Source: Acidobacteriota bacterium (GTDB lineage: Bacteria > Acidobacteriota > UBA6911 > RPQK01 > JADFOI01). Taken from it: a stretch of DNA of 64,000 bases. Both the position numbers and the translations under genes were made by a program. Positions 1 through 10,232 of the stretch are shown here, piece after piece; the stretch's first letter is position 1; the number at the start of each line of letters is the position of its first letter. Below the pieces are notes generated by a model, which did no database searches, had not been told where the DNA came from, and saw nothing but the letters and a program-made list of their open reading frames with translations. Location of the stretch: the NCBI GenBank assembly GCA_963663035.1, contig OY760074.1, positions 1,440,001 through 1,504,000 on the forward strand, read 5' to 3'.

Positions 1-63
1 GGGTATAGTGAGTATAGGAAGGGAGTTGCTCTGAAACGGACGAAATACCGGCTTGTTTAAGAC

Positions 64-2046
64 ATGACCATACCCCTGCTCAATGACATCGTCATCATAT
101 TCGGGCTCTCCGTTGGCGTCGTCTTCATCTGCCACCACCTTCAAGTACCCGCCATCGTGGGCTTTCTCCTGACCGGTGTATTGGCAGGGCCTCACGGACT
201 GGGGCTGGTGAAAGCGGCTGATGAAGTTGAAATTCTGGCTGAAGTCGGGGTTGTGCTCCTCCTCTTTACAATTGGAATTGAGTTCTCCCTCAAGACCCTG
301 CTGCAAATCAAGAAATCTGTGCTATTGGGTGGCTCGCTCCAGGTCATCCTGACCCTTTTGGTTGCTTTTCTCATAGCCAGGCGAACCGGCCAGAATGTTG
401 GTGAATCCGTCTTCATCGGATTGCTGATTGCTCTCAGCAGCACGGCCATTGTGCTCAAACTCATCCAGGAAAGAGCTGAAATCGACAGCCCCCATGGACG
501 AACCTCGCTGGCCATCTTGATCTTTCAGGACGTGGCTGTGGTTCCCATGATGCTGTTCATTCCGCTCCTGGCCGGTGCCACGGGTAACCCAGGTGAATCC
601 TTGCTGATTCTGGCGGTGAAAGGGATCGGCATCATCCTCTTGGCGATCACTCTTGCCAAATGGATTGTTCCCCAAGTGTTGTATCAAATCGTTCGCACGC
701 GCAGCCGCGAACTCTTCTTGTTGAGCATCTTCGTGATCTGCCTTGCCGTCGTGTGGTTCACTTCCCTGATCGGTCTGTCTTTTGCCCTGGGAGCGTTTTT
801 GGCCGGCTTAATCGTTGCAGAATCTGAGTACAGTCATCAGGCTCTTGGCTATATTTTGCCCTTCCGCGACGTGTTCATCAGCTTCTTCTTTGTCTCCATT
901 GGTATGCTGCTGGATGTCGGTTTTCTTTTCCAGCACCCTGGACTCATTGTGTTGGTTACAGTCGGTGTTCTGGGGTTAAAAGCCGTGATCGCTGGTTTGG
1001 TAACAATGTTGCTGGGACTTCCATTGAGGACGGCAATTTTGGTTGGTCTTGGACTCAGTCAAGTCGGAGAATTTTCTTTTATTTTGTCCAAGGCTGGTGT
1101 GGAGTACGGCTTTCTCGCCGGGGATCTTTACCAGCTGTTCCTGGCCCTCTCCGTGCTCAGTATGGCGGCCACTCCCTTCATGATCGCGCTGGCGCCTCGG
1201 ATCGAAAATGTTGTCCTTGGATTGCCCCTGCTGAGAAAGTTGAAGGGGGGTCTGTATCCGGTGCAAGCCAGCGACGATGTCGACATGAAAGACCACCTCA
1301 TTATCATTGGCTTCGGAGTGAATGGAAGAAACGTGTCACGGGCCGCCAAGGCGGCGGGCATCCCCTATGTCATCATTGAAATGAATCCCGAAACGGTCCG
1401 GGCCGAACAGGCCAAGGGGGAACCCATCCACTACGTTGATGCAACCCAAGAGGTGGCTCTGGACCACACCGGGATGAAAGAGGCGCGAGTTCTGGTGGTA
1501 GCCATCACCGACCCGGGCGCAACCCGAAAAATCACCGAAATCGCTCGGAGAATGAATCCCAGGACCTACATCATTGTCCGAACCCCTTACGTCAAGGAAA
1601 CCAAGGCTTTGTTGGAATTAGGAGCCGACGAGGTGATTCCCCAGGAGTTTGAGGCATCGGTGGAGATTTTTGCCCGAGTTTTGGTGAAGTACCTGATACC
1701 GAAGGACGAAATCGAGAGGTTCATTGCTGAAGTGCGATCCGATGGCTACCAGATGTTTCGAAGCCTTTCCGAAGAGTCGGTATCGCTTTCCAATTTGAAA
1801 CTTCATCTTCCCGATATCGATATTAATATGTTGCGGCTTCGCAACGGATCCTCCCTGGTCGGAAAATCGTTGGCTGAGATTGAGTTGAGAAAGGCATATA
1901 GTGTTACCTTGTTGGCCATTCGGCGGGGCACCGAAATACTGTCTAACCCCGGCGGAGACATCAGACTCTGTGCCAACGATGTCCTGGTGATCCTTGGGCA
2001 ATCAGATAAGATTGCCGACATCAGTGGATTATTCGAAAAAAGCTGA
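64..2046 (+). CDS. CPA2-family monovalent cation:proton antiporter (KefC/KefB-like) with RCK_N and RCK_C domains
   Basis: 660-aa ORF; multi-TM N-terminus with LSSTAIV and QD motifs; IIIGFGVNG Rossmann RCK_N; C-terminal TrkA_C. Confidence 0.9.
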   Translation: MTIPLLNDIVIIFGLSVGVVFICHHLQVPAIVGFLLTGVLAGPHGLGLVKAADEVEILAEVGVVLLLFTIGIEFSLKTLLQIKKSVLLGGSLQVILTLLVAFLIARRTGQNVGESVFIGLLIALSSTAIVLKLIQERAEIDSPHGRTSLAILIFQDVAVVPMMLFIPLLAGATGNPGESLLILAVKGIGIILLAITLAKWIVPQVLYQIVRTRSRELFLLSIFVICLAVVWFTSLIGLSFALGAFLAGLIVAESEYSHQALGYILPFRDVFISFFFVSIGMLLDVGFLFQHPGLIVLVTVGVLGLKAVIAGLVTMLLGLPLRTAILVGLGLSQVGEFSFILSKAGVEYGFLAGDLYQLFLALSVLSMAATPFMIALAPRIENVVLGLPLLRKLKGGLYPVQASDDVDMKDHLIIIGFGVNGRNVSRAAKAAGIPYVIIEMNPETVRAEQAKGEPIHYVDATQEVALDHTGMKEARVLVVAITDPGATRKITEIARRMNPRTYIIVRTPYVKETKALLELGADEVIPQEFEASVEIFARVLVKYLIPKDEIERFIAEVRSDGYQMFRSLSEESVSLSNLKLHLPDIDINMLRLRNGSSLVGKSLAEIELRKAYSVTLLAIRRGTEILSNPGGDIRLCANDVLVILGQSDKIADISGLFEKS

Positions 2047-2221
2047 TGGTGAGACATAATCTCAATCAGGTGACACTACTGCGCAATGCCACGCTGGTAA
2101 GGCATCCTCGCCTCGTGGTGATTTGATTCAACGGTGGGTAAAGGAGTCATGATGGAATGATTTCGGCTGTCCTGTCTGGATTTGCTGTGGTGCAAGTGCG
2201 CCGACTGTAGCGAGGAAAAGG

Positions 2222-2917
2222 ATGAACAAGGAAGTAGCAAAGTTAAAGGATCATTATATTGTCTGTGGATTCGGCAGGATTGGAAAACCCCTCGCTAAGG
2301 ATCTGAAACAGGAAGGCTACCCGGTGTGCATTCTGGAAAATGATCCTGAGCGAGAAGCAGAAATTCAGGCTGCAAAGCATCTCTATCTCATTGGTGACGC
2401 TACGGATGAATCGGTTCTCTCTTCCGCAGGTATCAAGAGGGCAAAGGTAGTTCTGGCCCTGCTTGCCTCCGACGCGGATAACTTGTTCCTGACCATCACT
2501 GTAAAGGAACTGAATCCCCAGGTCATGGTTATCGCCACGGCTTCTGATGAGAAGGTCGAACCAAGACTAAAGCGCAGCGGCGCAGATAAGGTGATCTCTC
2601 CCTATAAGACGGTTTATGCGCGCTTCGTTCACGCCGCCATTAAGCCCCCCGTCGTCGAGTTCTTGGAGCTGGTCACTCTTCAACTGAGTATGGAGGAACT
2701 CACGGTTTGTGATGGATCACCGTTTCAAGGTCTGACCCTTGCCGAGTCTGAAATCAGACGTAACTATGGCGTGGTCGTCGTCGCCATCAAACAAGCCAAT
2801 GGGGAAATCGCTTTCAATCCACAAGCTTCAACAGAGCTTGCGACTGACGACATTCTGGTGGTCATCGGGAAAAATCCTGACCTCAAAAGACTGGAAAGGG
2901 GGTGCAAGGGCAACTGA
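2222..2917 (+). CDS. TrkA/RCK-domain potassium channel regulatory protein (no pore domain)
   Basis: HYIVCGFGRIG RCK_N plus RCK_C; begins where channel proteins normally leave the TM domain. Confidence 0.8.
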   Translation: MNKEVAKLKDHYIVCGFGRIGKPLAKDLKQEGYPVCILENDPEREAEIQAAKHLYLIGDATDESVLSSAGIKRAKVVLALLASDADNLFLTITVKELNPQVMVIATASDEKVEPRLKRSGADKVISPYKTVYARFVHAAIKPPVVEFLELVTLQLSMEELTVCDGSPFQGLTLAESEIRRNYGVVVVAIKQANGEIAFNPQASTELATDDILVVIGKNPDLKRLERGCKGN

Positions 2918-3010
2918 GGGATGTTACACCGCAAACAACCTGCGCAGAGTCTTTAAGATTCGTCAAATAACTAACCCGAAACGAAGGTAAGGGCAAAGGA
3001 GGGGTGAGCC

Positions 3011-3452
3011 ATGAAAAAGTACCTTTTATTGGTGATCATAGTTGCTGTCAGCGGTTTTGTTGCCTGTGACTCCGGAGCCAGATCCCCAATCGGATTCGGC
3101 CTGCCGGAGGGCGATATCGAGCAGGGAGAGGCAGCATTTCTAGAACTACAGTGTTAGACCTGTCATCAGGTGGCTGGTCTTGACCTACCAGAACCCACTG
3201 TTAAACCCCCTGTCCCAGTGGTACTCGGTGGAGAGGTCTTTTGAGGTCAGAACGGATGGTTACTTGCTCACTTCGATTATTCATCCTTCGTACAAGATAG
3301 CGCAAGGCAATCATCAGGAAGAGATCACCACGAGTACAGGTGAACGAATGCCAGACCACAGTGATGTCATGACGGTTCGCCAGCTGATAGACCTAGTGGC
3401 CTTTCTCCAGTCATCCTACAAGGTTGTTCCTCCACCTCAGCCAGTCTTCTGA
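3011..3452 (+). pseudogene. Cytochrome c lipoprotein pseudogene
   Basis: ATG at 3011 gives a lipoprotein-like signal, then LPEGDIEQGEAAF-LQC-TAG-TCH (CxxCH broken by TAG at 3155-3157); a frameshift near 3240 joins the ORF with SIIHPS...MP...QLIDLVAFL. Confidence 0.8.
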
Positions 3453-3735
3453 GGATCGCCCGGAATGGGCTTTGCCGGGGTGAAGCACGATTTCGGCTGA
3501 TCTACTGTAGGAATGGCGAGTACTTTGAGTAGCTGATTGTTTGGTCCCGAGGTTCTGTTTTCGGGGTTGCAAGTCAGGCAAGCTTAGTCAGAGACAACAG
3601 CAATGAAGGCCACCACAAAAGGGCCTATAGCGGCAAAATAGAACGCCGCTGCACTCATCTTCATTGCCTTTCACAAGCTTGGCGGTCGAAGGTTCAAAAA
3701 ATTCTCGCAGCGTAAGCCACTGGGGAGGCGATTCT

Positions 3736-3940
3736 TTGATCGGCCAAACTATCTCCCCATAGTCCTTGAAAAACTCGACCACGGAGGCATGGACGAGGTA
3801 TACCTCGCCGAGGATGCCAGCCTGAAATGAGAAGTCGCCATCAAGGTTGCGCCCCAGCAATTCACGCGAGATCCCCTGCCATTGGCCCAGTTTGAGCGAA
3901 AGGCCCAACCGGTGGCTTCACTCAATCCCCCAGGGATCCC
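3736..3940 (+). pseudogene. Ser/Thr protein kinase N-terminal remnant
   Basis: After a GGAGG RBS: LIGQTIS...GGMDEVYLAEDASLK*EVAIKV...QFERKAQPVASLNP, matching Hanks-kinase subdomains I-IV, with stop and frameshift. Confidence 0.8.
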
Positions 3941-3952
3941 CTGGCACACCAG

Positions 3953-4783
3953 TTACTCGAAGCGGACCTCAAATATTTTGGGCCAGAGCTTTCCCGTGAG
4001 AAGAAAGGTCCGTCGGCCCGGAATGTAAGCAATCCCGTTTAGAACGTCCTCGCTTGGCTCCTTCGACTGATAAGGAAGCCTGGAAGCGTCAATTACAGCT
4101 GTGACATGTCCGGTTAAGGGTTCAATTCTAACAATGTCCCTTTTCTGCCAAAGGTTGGCGTATACCGACCCGTCTGCAAACTCCAACTCATTCAATAGGC
4201 TCATAGGACGGCCCTTCAAAGTAACCGGCAAGCGACGCTGCACTGCGAAACTCTTTGGATCCCTAAAAGTCAAGACATCAGAGCCATCACTCATCACCAA
4301 CGAGGTCCCGTCGTAGGTCAGTCCCCAACCCTCTCCTGAATAGTTTAACCTGCCCAACTCGTGAAAGGTTTCGACCTCGTAAGTTAGCGCAACCTCTTCG
4401 CGCCAGGTTAGCTGGATGAGGCGATCACCAACCTTAGCGAGGCCTTCTCCGAAGAGTCGAGGTGAAAGTCTGACCTCATGAAGGACATCACCACTGTGCA
4501 GTTCCACTTTCCTAAGACTCGACTGCCCGTATTGCCCAGTGCTCTCGTAAAGGCTCCCATGGTGCCACAAAAGACCCTGAGTAAATGCTCGTGGATCGTG
4601 TGGGTATTCGGCCAAAACTCTTGCCCTGAGAAATTCTACTGATCCTGGATTTGACTCAGGAACGTCAATCTCATCACCTGTTGTCAGTGAAAAGAGGAAA
4701 AATACGAAAGCGAAACCGACAAGCAGAGAAAGAAGACGAACGTACCCAGAGATCGAATCAGGCAAGTTCACTTTCTGAATCAT
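3953..4783 (-). CDS. Glutaminyl-peptide cyclotransferase (glutamine cyclotransferase)
   Basis: PHDPRAFTQGL, ESTGQYG, FGEGL, EGWGL, LNELE, VLNGIA motifs. Confidence 0.92.
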   Translation of the reverse strand: MIQKVNLPDSISGYVRLLSLLVGFAFVFFLFSLTTGDEIDVPESNPGSVEFLRARVLAEYPHDPRAFTQGLLWHHGSLYESTGQYGQSSLRKVELHSGDVLHEVRLSPRLFGEGLAKVGDRLIQLTWREEVALTYEVETFHELGRLNYSGEGWGLTYDGTSLVMSDGSDVLTFRDPKSFAVQRRLPVTLKGRPMSLLNELEFADGSVYANLWQKRDIVRIEPLTGHVTAVIDASRLPYQSKEPSEDVLNGIAYIPGRRTFLLTGKLWPKIFEVRFE

Positions 4784-5498
4784 TCCGACAGTACTAGGAT
4801 GCGGCCAAATAACACCCTATTATCCCACTTCGTCCCAAAGGCGGGAAGGATCACACCGAATTTCACCAAGACAGGCTTGTCCTTGTTTAAAAAGAGCCTG
4901 TGATTTCTGATGTACTCCAGGAGCCTGTCATCATTTTTCCGTTAGGCGTTCCATTCAGTCTACGAGAGAAAAAGGCCGCCACCCTCCGCTAAGTCCGAGA
5001 CGAAAACGTGGGAAATGGCAACTAGGCCGATCAAGACGGCACCGCTCAGAACTCGTATCTCCCACACTGCAAAATTCATGGTCGCGCTTTCTCTCCATGG
5101 GCGGTTTTATCTGGTGTCTACTTTGGCAATCAGCATGATATCGACCCTCAAGCATAACTTGGCCCGCCAATTAGGCCAATACATTCTTCATGATTCTAGT
5201 AATAAATTAGCAAACCATCGACCAGTAGTCCTGACATCCTAATTGAGACCGAACTCCCTCCATCTTTCAGCACCAGCTGGCTTCGGTTTATGGGTGTTAC
5301 GTTAAGGTCATCCAACGCATCTATTTGGGGTATATGGCCCAATTTCTCTGCGAAACTCATTCCCCTTGCTCACCCACACCTGTAGAGATCTCAGTCAGAG
5401 ATTAACTGATCGACGTTAAGTGACCACTCTCTCACTCCTGGTGCCTTTCCGCCAGAACGGGACTGAAAGTTGCATAAGAATAAAAAGGAAAGGAGATT

Positions 5499-5957
5499 TC
5501 ATGACTTTCCATGCGAAATATTGAAGCTTTCAATGATATCCCCAACCCTAACGTCCTCCTGTATCTGATTCCCTCGCAGAATTCCTGTCGCTCTGCTTCT
5601 ATCTTGAGTCTTTAGAAAGACCTTCAGATGGACAAACTCGAATTCCGGAGCGAATTCCCACGAACCTACCTTCCCAAAAAAGTACGCTGGTCGTAAACCC
5701 CAATACAGTGGACGATCAAAAGGTCTCCCCTCCCATTTGGCGTCGTGCAACAGCAAGTCCGTCTCGGTTGGAGGGTGATGGAGTATCAGAACACTCTGCT
5801 GAGTGTGATTTGGACCCGAGTACGCTGCCACAACGAATTCGTCAGCACGAGCTTCCCTACTAAAGAGGCACAGGAAACACATAAAGGGGAGAAGCCTGGG
5901 CTTTAAAAACATTTCACATACACTGTACAAGGCTGTCCACTTGGTCGGGGACTCCAA
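5499..5957 (-). pseudogene. Truncated outer-membrane beta-barrel protein (lipid A oxidase LpxQ-like)
   Basis: Signal peptide, then WEGRPFDRPLYWGLR...EFVHLKV...FNISHG; ends about halfway through the barrel. Confidence 0.5.
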
Positions 5958-6003
5958 ACTGGAACCACGAGGTTCTCACCTGGGAAGTGGAGGTGTGGGC
6001 CTT

Positions 6004-6300
6004 TCATGGAGCCGACCAGATAATCTTGCTGTTGTTATCGAGCAGATTTACACTCGGTTCCCCCTCGCTCCCCAAGCCTAATGTGATCCGGGGCTGCCCA
6101 TCTTCGTCATATAGGGCTAACCCTGGTTCGCCGTGGATTCCTAAAACAAACTTAGCCCGTATTCGGCCCTCGCTGTCGGAGAAATGGATTTCCTTCGCAT
6201 CAATGGTTTTGCCCATATACAACTGGGCTGATATTGCTCCACCCAACAAAGATGCACTCAAGGTCAATGCGATCACCAGCCAGTAATCTTGACGATTCAT
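6004..6300 (-). CDS. Small membrane-anchored hypothetical protein with two G-x-x-R...LG...GEP repeats
   Basis: 98-aa ORF, AGGAG RBS, N-terminal TM helix. Confidence 0.65.
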   Translation of the reverse strand: MNRQDYWLVIALTLSASLLGGAISAQLYMGKTIDAKEIHFSDSEGRIRAKFVLGIHGEPGLALYDEDGQPRITLGLGSEGEPSVNLLDNNSKIIWSAP

Positions 6301-6490
6301 TTGAGACTCCTTTTGGTTTGCCTTGATTCTACACTGGCTAGGACCTCATCGTATCAGAGCTTCTCTCTATAGCATCGGGCCTGCATCACACCGTCGGCAC
6401 CCTGCTTCAGCATAATCAAAAACCGGATCGGTAGGAGTCCCGTTGCGTTGATGTCCAGCTGGCATGGCTATCTATCCCCCTTGGACAGAT

Positions 6491-7516
6491 TCACGAAGAG
6501 CAGACTCTGTTGAGAAGTGCCATATCACTGAGCATTTCACCTGTTCCCAGGACCACTGAAGACAAAGGATCTTTGGCCAAAACCACGGGCACGCTAGTTT
6601 CCTTTTTGATTTTCTGGTCCAAGTTTTTCAGAAGCGATCCACCGCCGGTCAAGACCATCCCATTCTCCGCGATATCTGCGGAAAGCTCAGGAGGGGCGCG
6701 TTCTAAGGCCGCGCGGACGGCATTGATGATGGTTAACAGTGGATCCGAGAGAGCCTCGCGGACCTCCTCATCGGTGATCGTGATGATTTTGGGGATGCCC
6801 TCGATGAGGCTTCGGCCTTTGATCTCCAGGGTCCTCTTTTCATTTAATGGAGCAGCTGATCCGATTTCGATCTTGATCTGTTCGGCGGTTCGCTCTCCGA
6901 TGAGCAGGTTATGCTTTCTCTTCATGTATTGAATGATCGAGTCGTCCATTTCGTCACCCGCTACCCGGACGGTCCGACTGTACACAATGCCAGACAGACT
7001 GATGAGGGCGATATCGGTGGTCCCTCCCCCAATGTCGATGATCATATTGCCACTTGGTTCGGAGATGGGAAGCCCGACTCCGATGGCTGCGGCCATGGCC
7101 TGTTTCACCAAGTAGACCTCGCTGACTTTGGCACTACGGGCCGCTTCTATAACTGCCCTTCTTTCTACCTGGCTGATTTCCGATGGGATGCTGATGACAA
7201 CACGGGGAGCGAGCAAATGTTTGCGGATATGGGCTTGTTTAATCAAGTATTTGAGCATCTCTTCAGTGAGGTCAAAATCAGCAATGACGCCATCTTTCAA
7301 GGGTTTGATGGCAACCATGTTTCTAGGTGTACGGCCCAGCATCTCCTTCGCTTCGCGTCCGATCGCCTCGACCCGGTCGGTCAATTTGTTGATGGCCACC
7401 ACGGAGGGCTCGTTGACGACGATTCCGCGGTTGGGAGTGTAGACGAGTGAGTTAGCAGTCCCCAGGTCAATCGCCAAATCATTGGAAAACAAACTCAAGA
7501 ATGAGCGCAGGTTCAT
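6491..7516 (-). CDS. mreB: Rod shape-determining protein MreB (stand-alone copy)
   Basis: AIDLGTAN, DIGGGTTD, LTGGGSLL actin-fold motifs. Confidence 0.95.
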   Translation of the reverse strand: MNLRSFLSLFSNDLAIDLGTANSLVYTPNRGIVVNEPSVVAINKLTDRVEAIGREAKEMLGRTPRNMVAIKPLKDGVIADFDLTEEMLKYLIKQAHIRKHLLAPRVVISIPSEISQVERRAVIEAARSAKVSEVYLVKQAMAAAIGVGLPISEPSGNMIIDIGGGTTDIALISLSGIVYSRTVRVAGDEMDDSIIQYMKRKHNLLIGERTAEQIKIEIGSAAPLNEKRTLEIKGRSLIEGIPKIITITDEEVREALSDPLLTIINAVRAALERAPPELSADIAENGMVLTGGGSLLKNLDQKIKKETSVPVVLAKDPLSSVVLGTGEMLSDMALLNRVCSS

Positions 7517-7533
7517 AAATCTCCTACAAACGC

Positions 7534-8800
7534 TGACCTGCCCCCACGAACGAGTCCACCCTCTATGCTAGACCCGGGACCATTTGAAGTCCACTCCAAG
7601 GGATTGGATCCAGTGCCTGCGACCTAGGTAGTTTGGCCTCTGGCGCCGGCGGCCGATAGGCCAAGGCGCTGTGAGGCCGGATCTGATTGTAATCCCTCCG
7701 CCAGCGTTCTACCAACACCTTGGCTTCCCCCAGCGTGTCGAAGATCTCCATGTTCAGCAGCTCATCCCGTAGTTTCCCGTTGAAACTCTCAATGTACCCA
7801 TTCTCCCAGGGGCTGCCCGGCTCGATGTACAAGGTCCTTACCCCAACAGCCTGCAGCCAGTCCCGGACCGCCTGTGCCGTAAACTCCGATCCGTTATCGG
7901 ACCGGATAAACTCAGGCACTCCCCGATCAACGAATAACTCCGCCAGCCGGTCCAACACGTCTTGGTGATTCATCTGCCGTTTCACATCAATGGCGAGGCA
8001 CTCTCTGGTGTACTCATCCAGGATCGTCAATAGCCGAAAGGCTCGCCCATCATGGGTCCGTTCATGCACGAAATCATAGCTCCAGACGTGGTTCTTGCGA
8101 GCCGCTCGTAACCGAACACAGGAACCGTCATTAAGCCACAGCCTCCTTCGTTTCGGCTGTCTGGACGGGACTTTCAGCCCTTCTTGTCTCCACAGCCTCT
8201 CCACCCGCTTAGGATTCACCTTCCACCCTTCCCCATGAAGTATCGCCGTGACCCGCCGGTAGCCATAACGCCCGTATTGCGTAGCCAACTCCACCATCCG
8301 GGCCACCAATCGGGCCTCATCATCGGGAATTTGCCTTTCCCTTCGCTGGGTCGATCGAACCTGTCCCAGCACTTGGCAGGCCCGACGTTCGGAGACTCGC
8401 TCTGCTCCTAATCGCTCTCGTACCCACATCACCGCTCGTCTCCTGTTCGCCGGGCCTAGAAGTTTCCCGAGGACACTTCCTTCAGGATCTGCTTGTCCAA
8501 AGACAGATCCGCCACCAGCTTCTCCAACCGGGTATTCTCCTTCTCCAACACCTTCAACCTCTTGGCCTGGTCCAACCGGAGCCCTCCGTACTCTTTGCGC
8601 CACCGGTAGTAGGTCTGCTCGCTCACCCCCATCTGCTTCGACACCTGTCCCACCCTCTGTCCTTGGGCCAGACCCACCTCTGCCTCACGCAGCTTCATGA
8701 TGATCTGTTCTGCCCTAAACCGCTTCCCTGCCATCCTTGCCTCCTTCCTAAACCGGAAATCCTAACATTCAAACTGGACTCGTTTTAGGGGGCAAGGTCA
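7534..8800 (-). mobile_element. IS3-family insertion sequence, copy 1 (orfA 8456-8734, orfB DDE to 7563)
   Basis: TG...CA termini with imperfect IRs (tgacctgccccca / tagggggcaaggtca); 4-bp TSD ACGC (7530-7533, 8801-8804); GGGAAAC slippery site at 8462-8468; [18 protein letters not shown]. Confidence 0.95.
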
Positions 8801-9052
8801 ACGCTTATACCCCTGGGGGCACTCAGGACTCGACACTTGTGACTTCCTTTCACCTGTCGACCCTGAGGACTAAAGTCTGATTTATTGCTTTCCCTAAAAG
8901 CCGAAAACGGAATTTGAAGACGACTGGAGGGAGTGAGAAAAGTCCCCACAAGATCGACTGTGAGAGATCCTGAGCCCGTAGTTCACGTGAACAATCAGGC
9001 TTTTCGGTGGCTGGACTGTAGAAAGATCTAGGAGAGAGCGCGCTCCGTGGGA

Positions 9053-9499
9053 TCAGGCGGCGGAGTTTGGACTTTCCCCCTCCACTTCAGGTTGCCGTTC
9101 AGAGGTGGCCTTTGTGGGTTTATAGAGCATCGCCAGAACCGTTCCGCAGATGATAGTTTGCAACAGGCCGTAAATAAACCACTGAAGAGCCAAAGAAACG
9201 GGGACAGGTAATACCACATAAAGGTTGAAGGCCATGGGAATGGAGATGAACAAGCCAATCCACAGTCCGTAGCGGACCCCCTCCATTACCCCTTTTCCCT
9301 CGTGACCTTTGGTGTAGATAAAGGTGAAAAGGACCGCCCAGATCACGCCCGTCAGCCCAATGATCCACGTTTTCTGGTCCGATCGCCACAGGTTTTCCAG
9401 CGACCCATACGAACCGCTTAAGATAACCTGGTGAATCCAGAAACCAAGGATTTGATACACGACGTAGACCATAATGCTTGCAATAAAGAACTTCTTCAT
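9053..9499 (-). CDS. Hypothetical membrane protein (DUF1761-like, 4 TM)
   Basis: Hydrophobic helices, EGVRYGLWIGL; start moved to MKKFF after a GGGGAG RBS. Confidence 0.65.
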   Translation of the reverse strand: MKKFFIASIMVYVVYQILGFWIHQVILSGSYGSLENLWRSDQKTWIIGLTGVIWAVLFTFIYTKGHEGKGVMEGVRYGLWIGLFISIPMAFNLYVVLPVPVSLALQWFIYGLLQTIICGTVLAMLYKPTKATSERQPEVEGESPNSAA

Positions 9500-9659
9500 A
9501 TTTGTAGTCTCCCCCCTTTCTATCAAGTTTGAAAGACAGTCAAAGGGCAAACAACGCCTGTTTTTGCCCTCATCCCTGCTACAGCTCCATTTTTGAGCTT
9601 AACGATCTCATTCGTGGTTTCGCCCAAGCCACTTTCGATCCACTACAAAAACGTGCTTA

Positions 9660-10178
9660 CTAGGTGCTTGGGGCGGCACCGCTGGAAGCAGGAAACGGGT
9701 TGCTACTGTTCCAGATGTGACGGGCGATCTGCCAGGAGCCGTAAGGTTGTTTCTGCAGGATCACGATGTACTTGCCATTATCTTCTGTGGGCTCGCCTCC
9801 AGCTTTAGAGGTGAGGGTAATCGTAAAAGTGCCCCGGTCGAATGCCCGGTTTCCAAGCACTTCAAGTTCCTCTGAGGAGACCGTGAGCTCGGCGGTGAAC
9901 TGCTCAAAAATGGCCGCATACCTTGAGCTGACTGCCTCGTGCCCAGTGACGCCTGGCTCGTTCGGGGGCATCAATACCACATCGTCGGTCATAGTGATTA
10001 TAAGACGCTCCACACTACTGGCGTTATAAGCGGCGACGTATTCCTGACGCAGAGCGTTAATCGCCTCCATGTCGGCCCCAGCTGTCGCTTCGGCCGCCTG
10101 TTCGGGCTCCTCTGCTCCCGGGGCGCAGGCGCCGAGCACAAAGCACAGCAGTGCTCCAATACCGAGATAGGATCTCAT
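9660..10178 (-). CDS. SnoaL/DUF4440 (NTF2-like) lipoprotein
   Basis: Lipobox LGAC; DVVLMPPN...GKYIVILQKQ..GSWQI..HIWN; true start MRSYL after AGGAGG. Confidence 0.8.
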   Translation of the reverse strand: MRSYLGIGALLCFVLGACAPGAEEPEQAAEATAGADMEAINALRQEYVAAYNASSVERLIITMTDDVVLMPPNEPGVTGHEAVSSRYAAIFEQFTAELTVSSEELEVLGNRAFDRGTFTITLTSKAGGEPTEDNGKYIVILQKQPYGSWQIARHIWNSSNPFPASSGAAPST

Positions 10179-10232
10179 TGTTAATGTCCTCCTTTGTAGC
10201 TTTCTATTCGTGTCATTGCTTGCTGGTGAGTC

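Noticed and set aside
3155-3157. In-frame TAG within the cytochrome c CxxCH motif as pyrrolysine or readthrough
   Set aside because: It falls at a variable position, is one change from TAT/TAC or CAG, and the gene also has a frameshift; pseudogene is simpler.
4800-5490. Short ORFs or RNA elements in the long intergenic stretches (also 12460-13120 and 17260-17850)
   Set aside because: No recognisable protein motif, riboswitch or repeat that I can support by eye; they may hold further decayed fragments.
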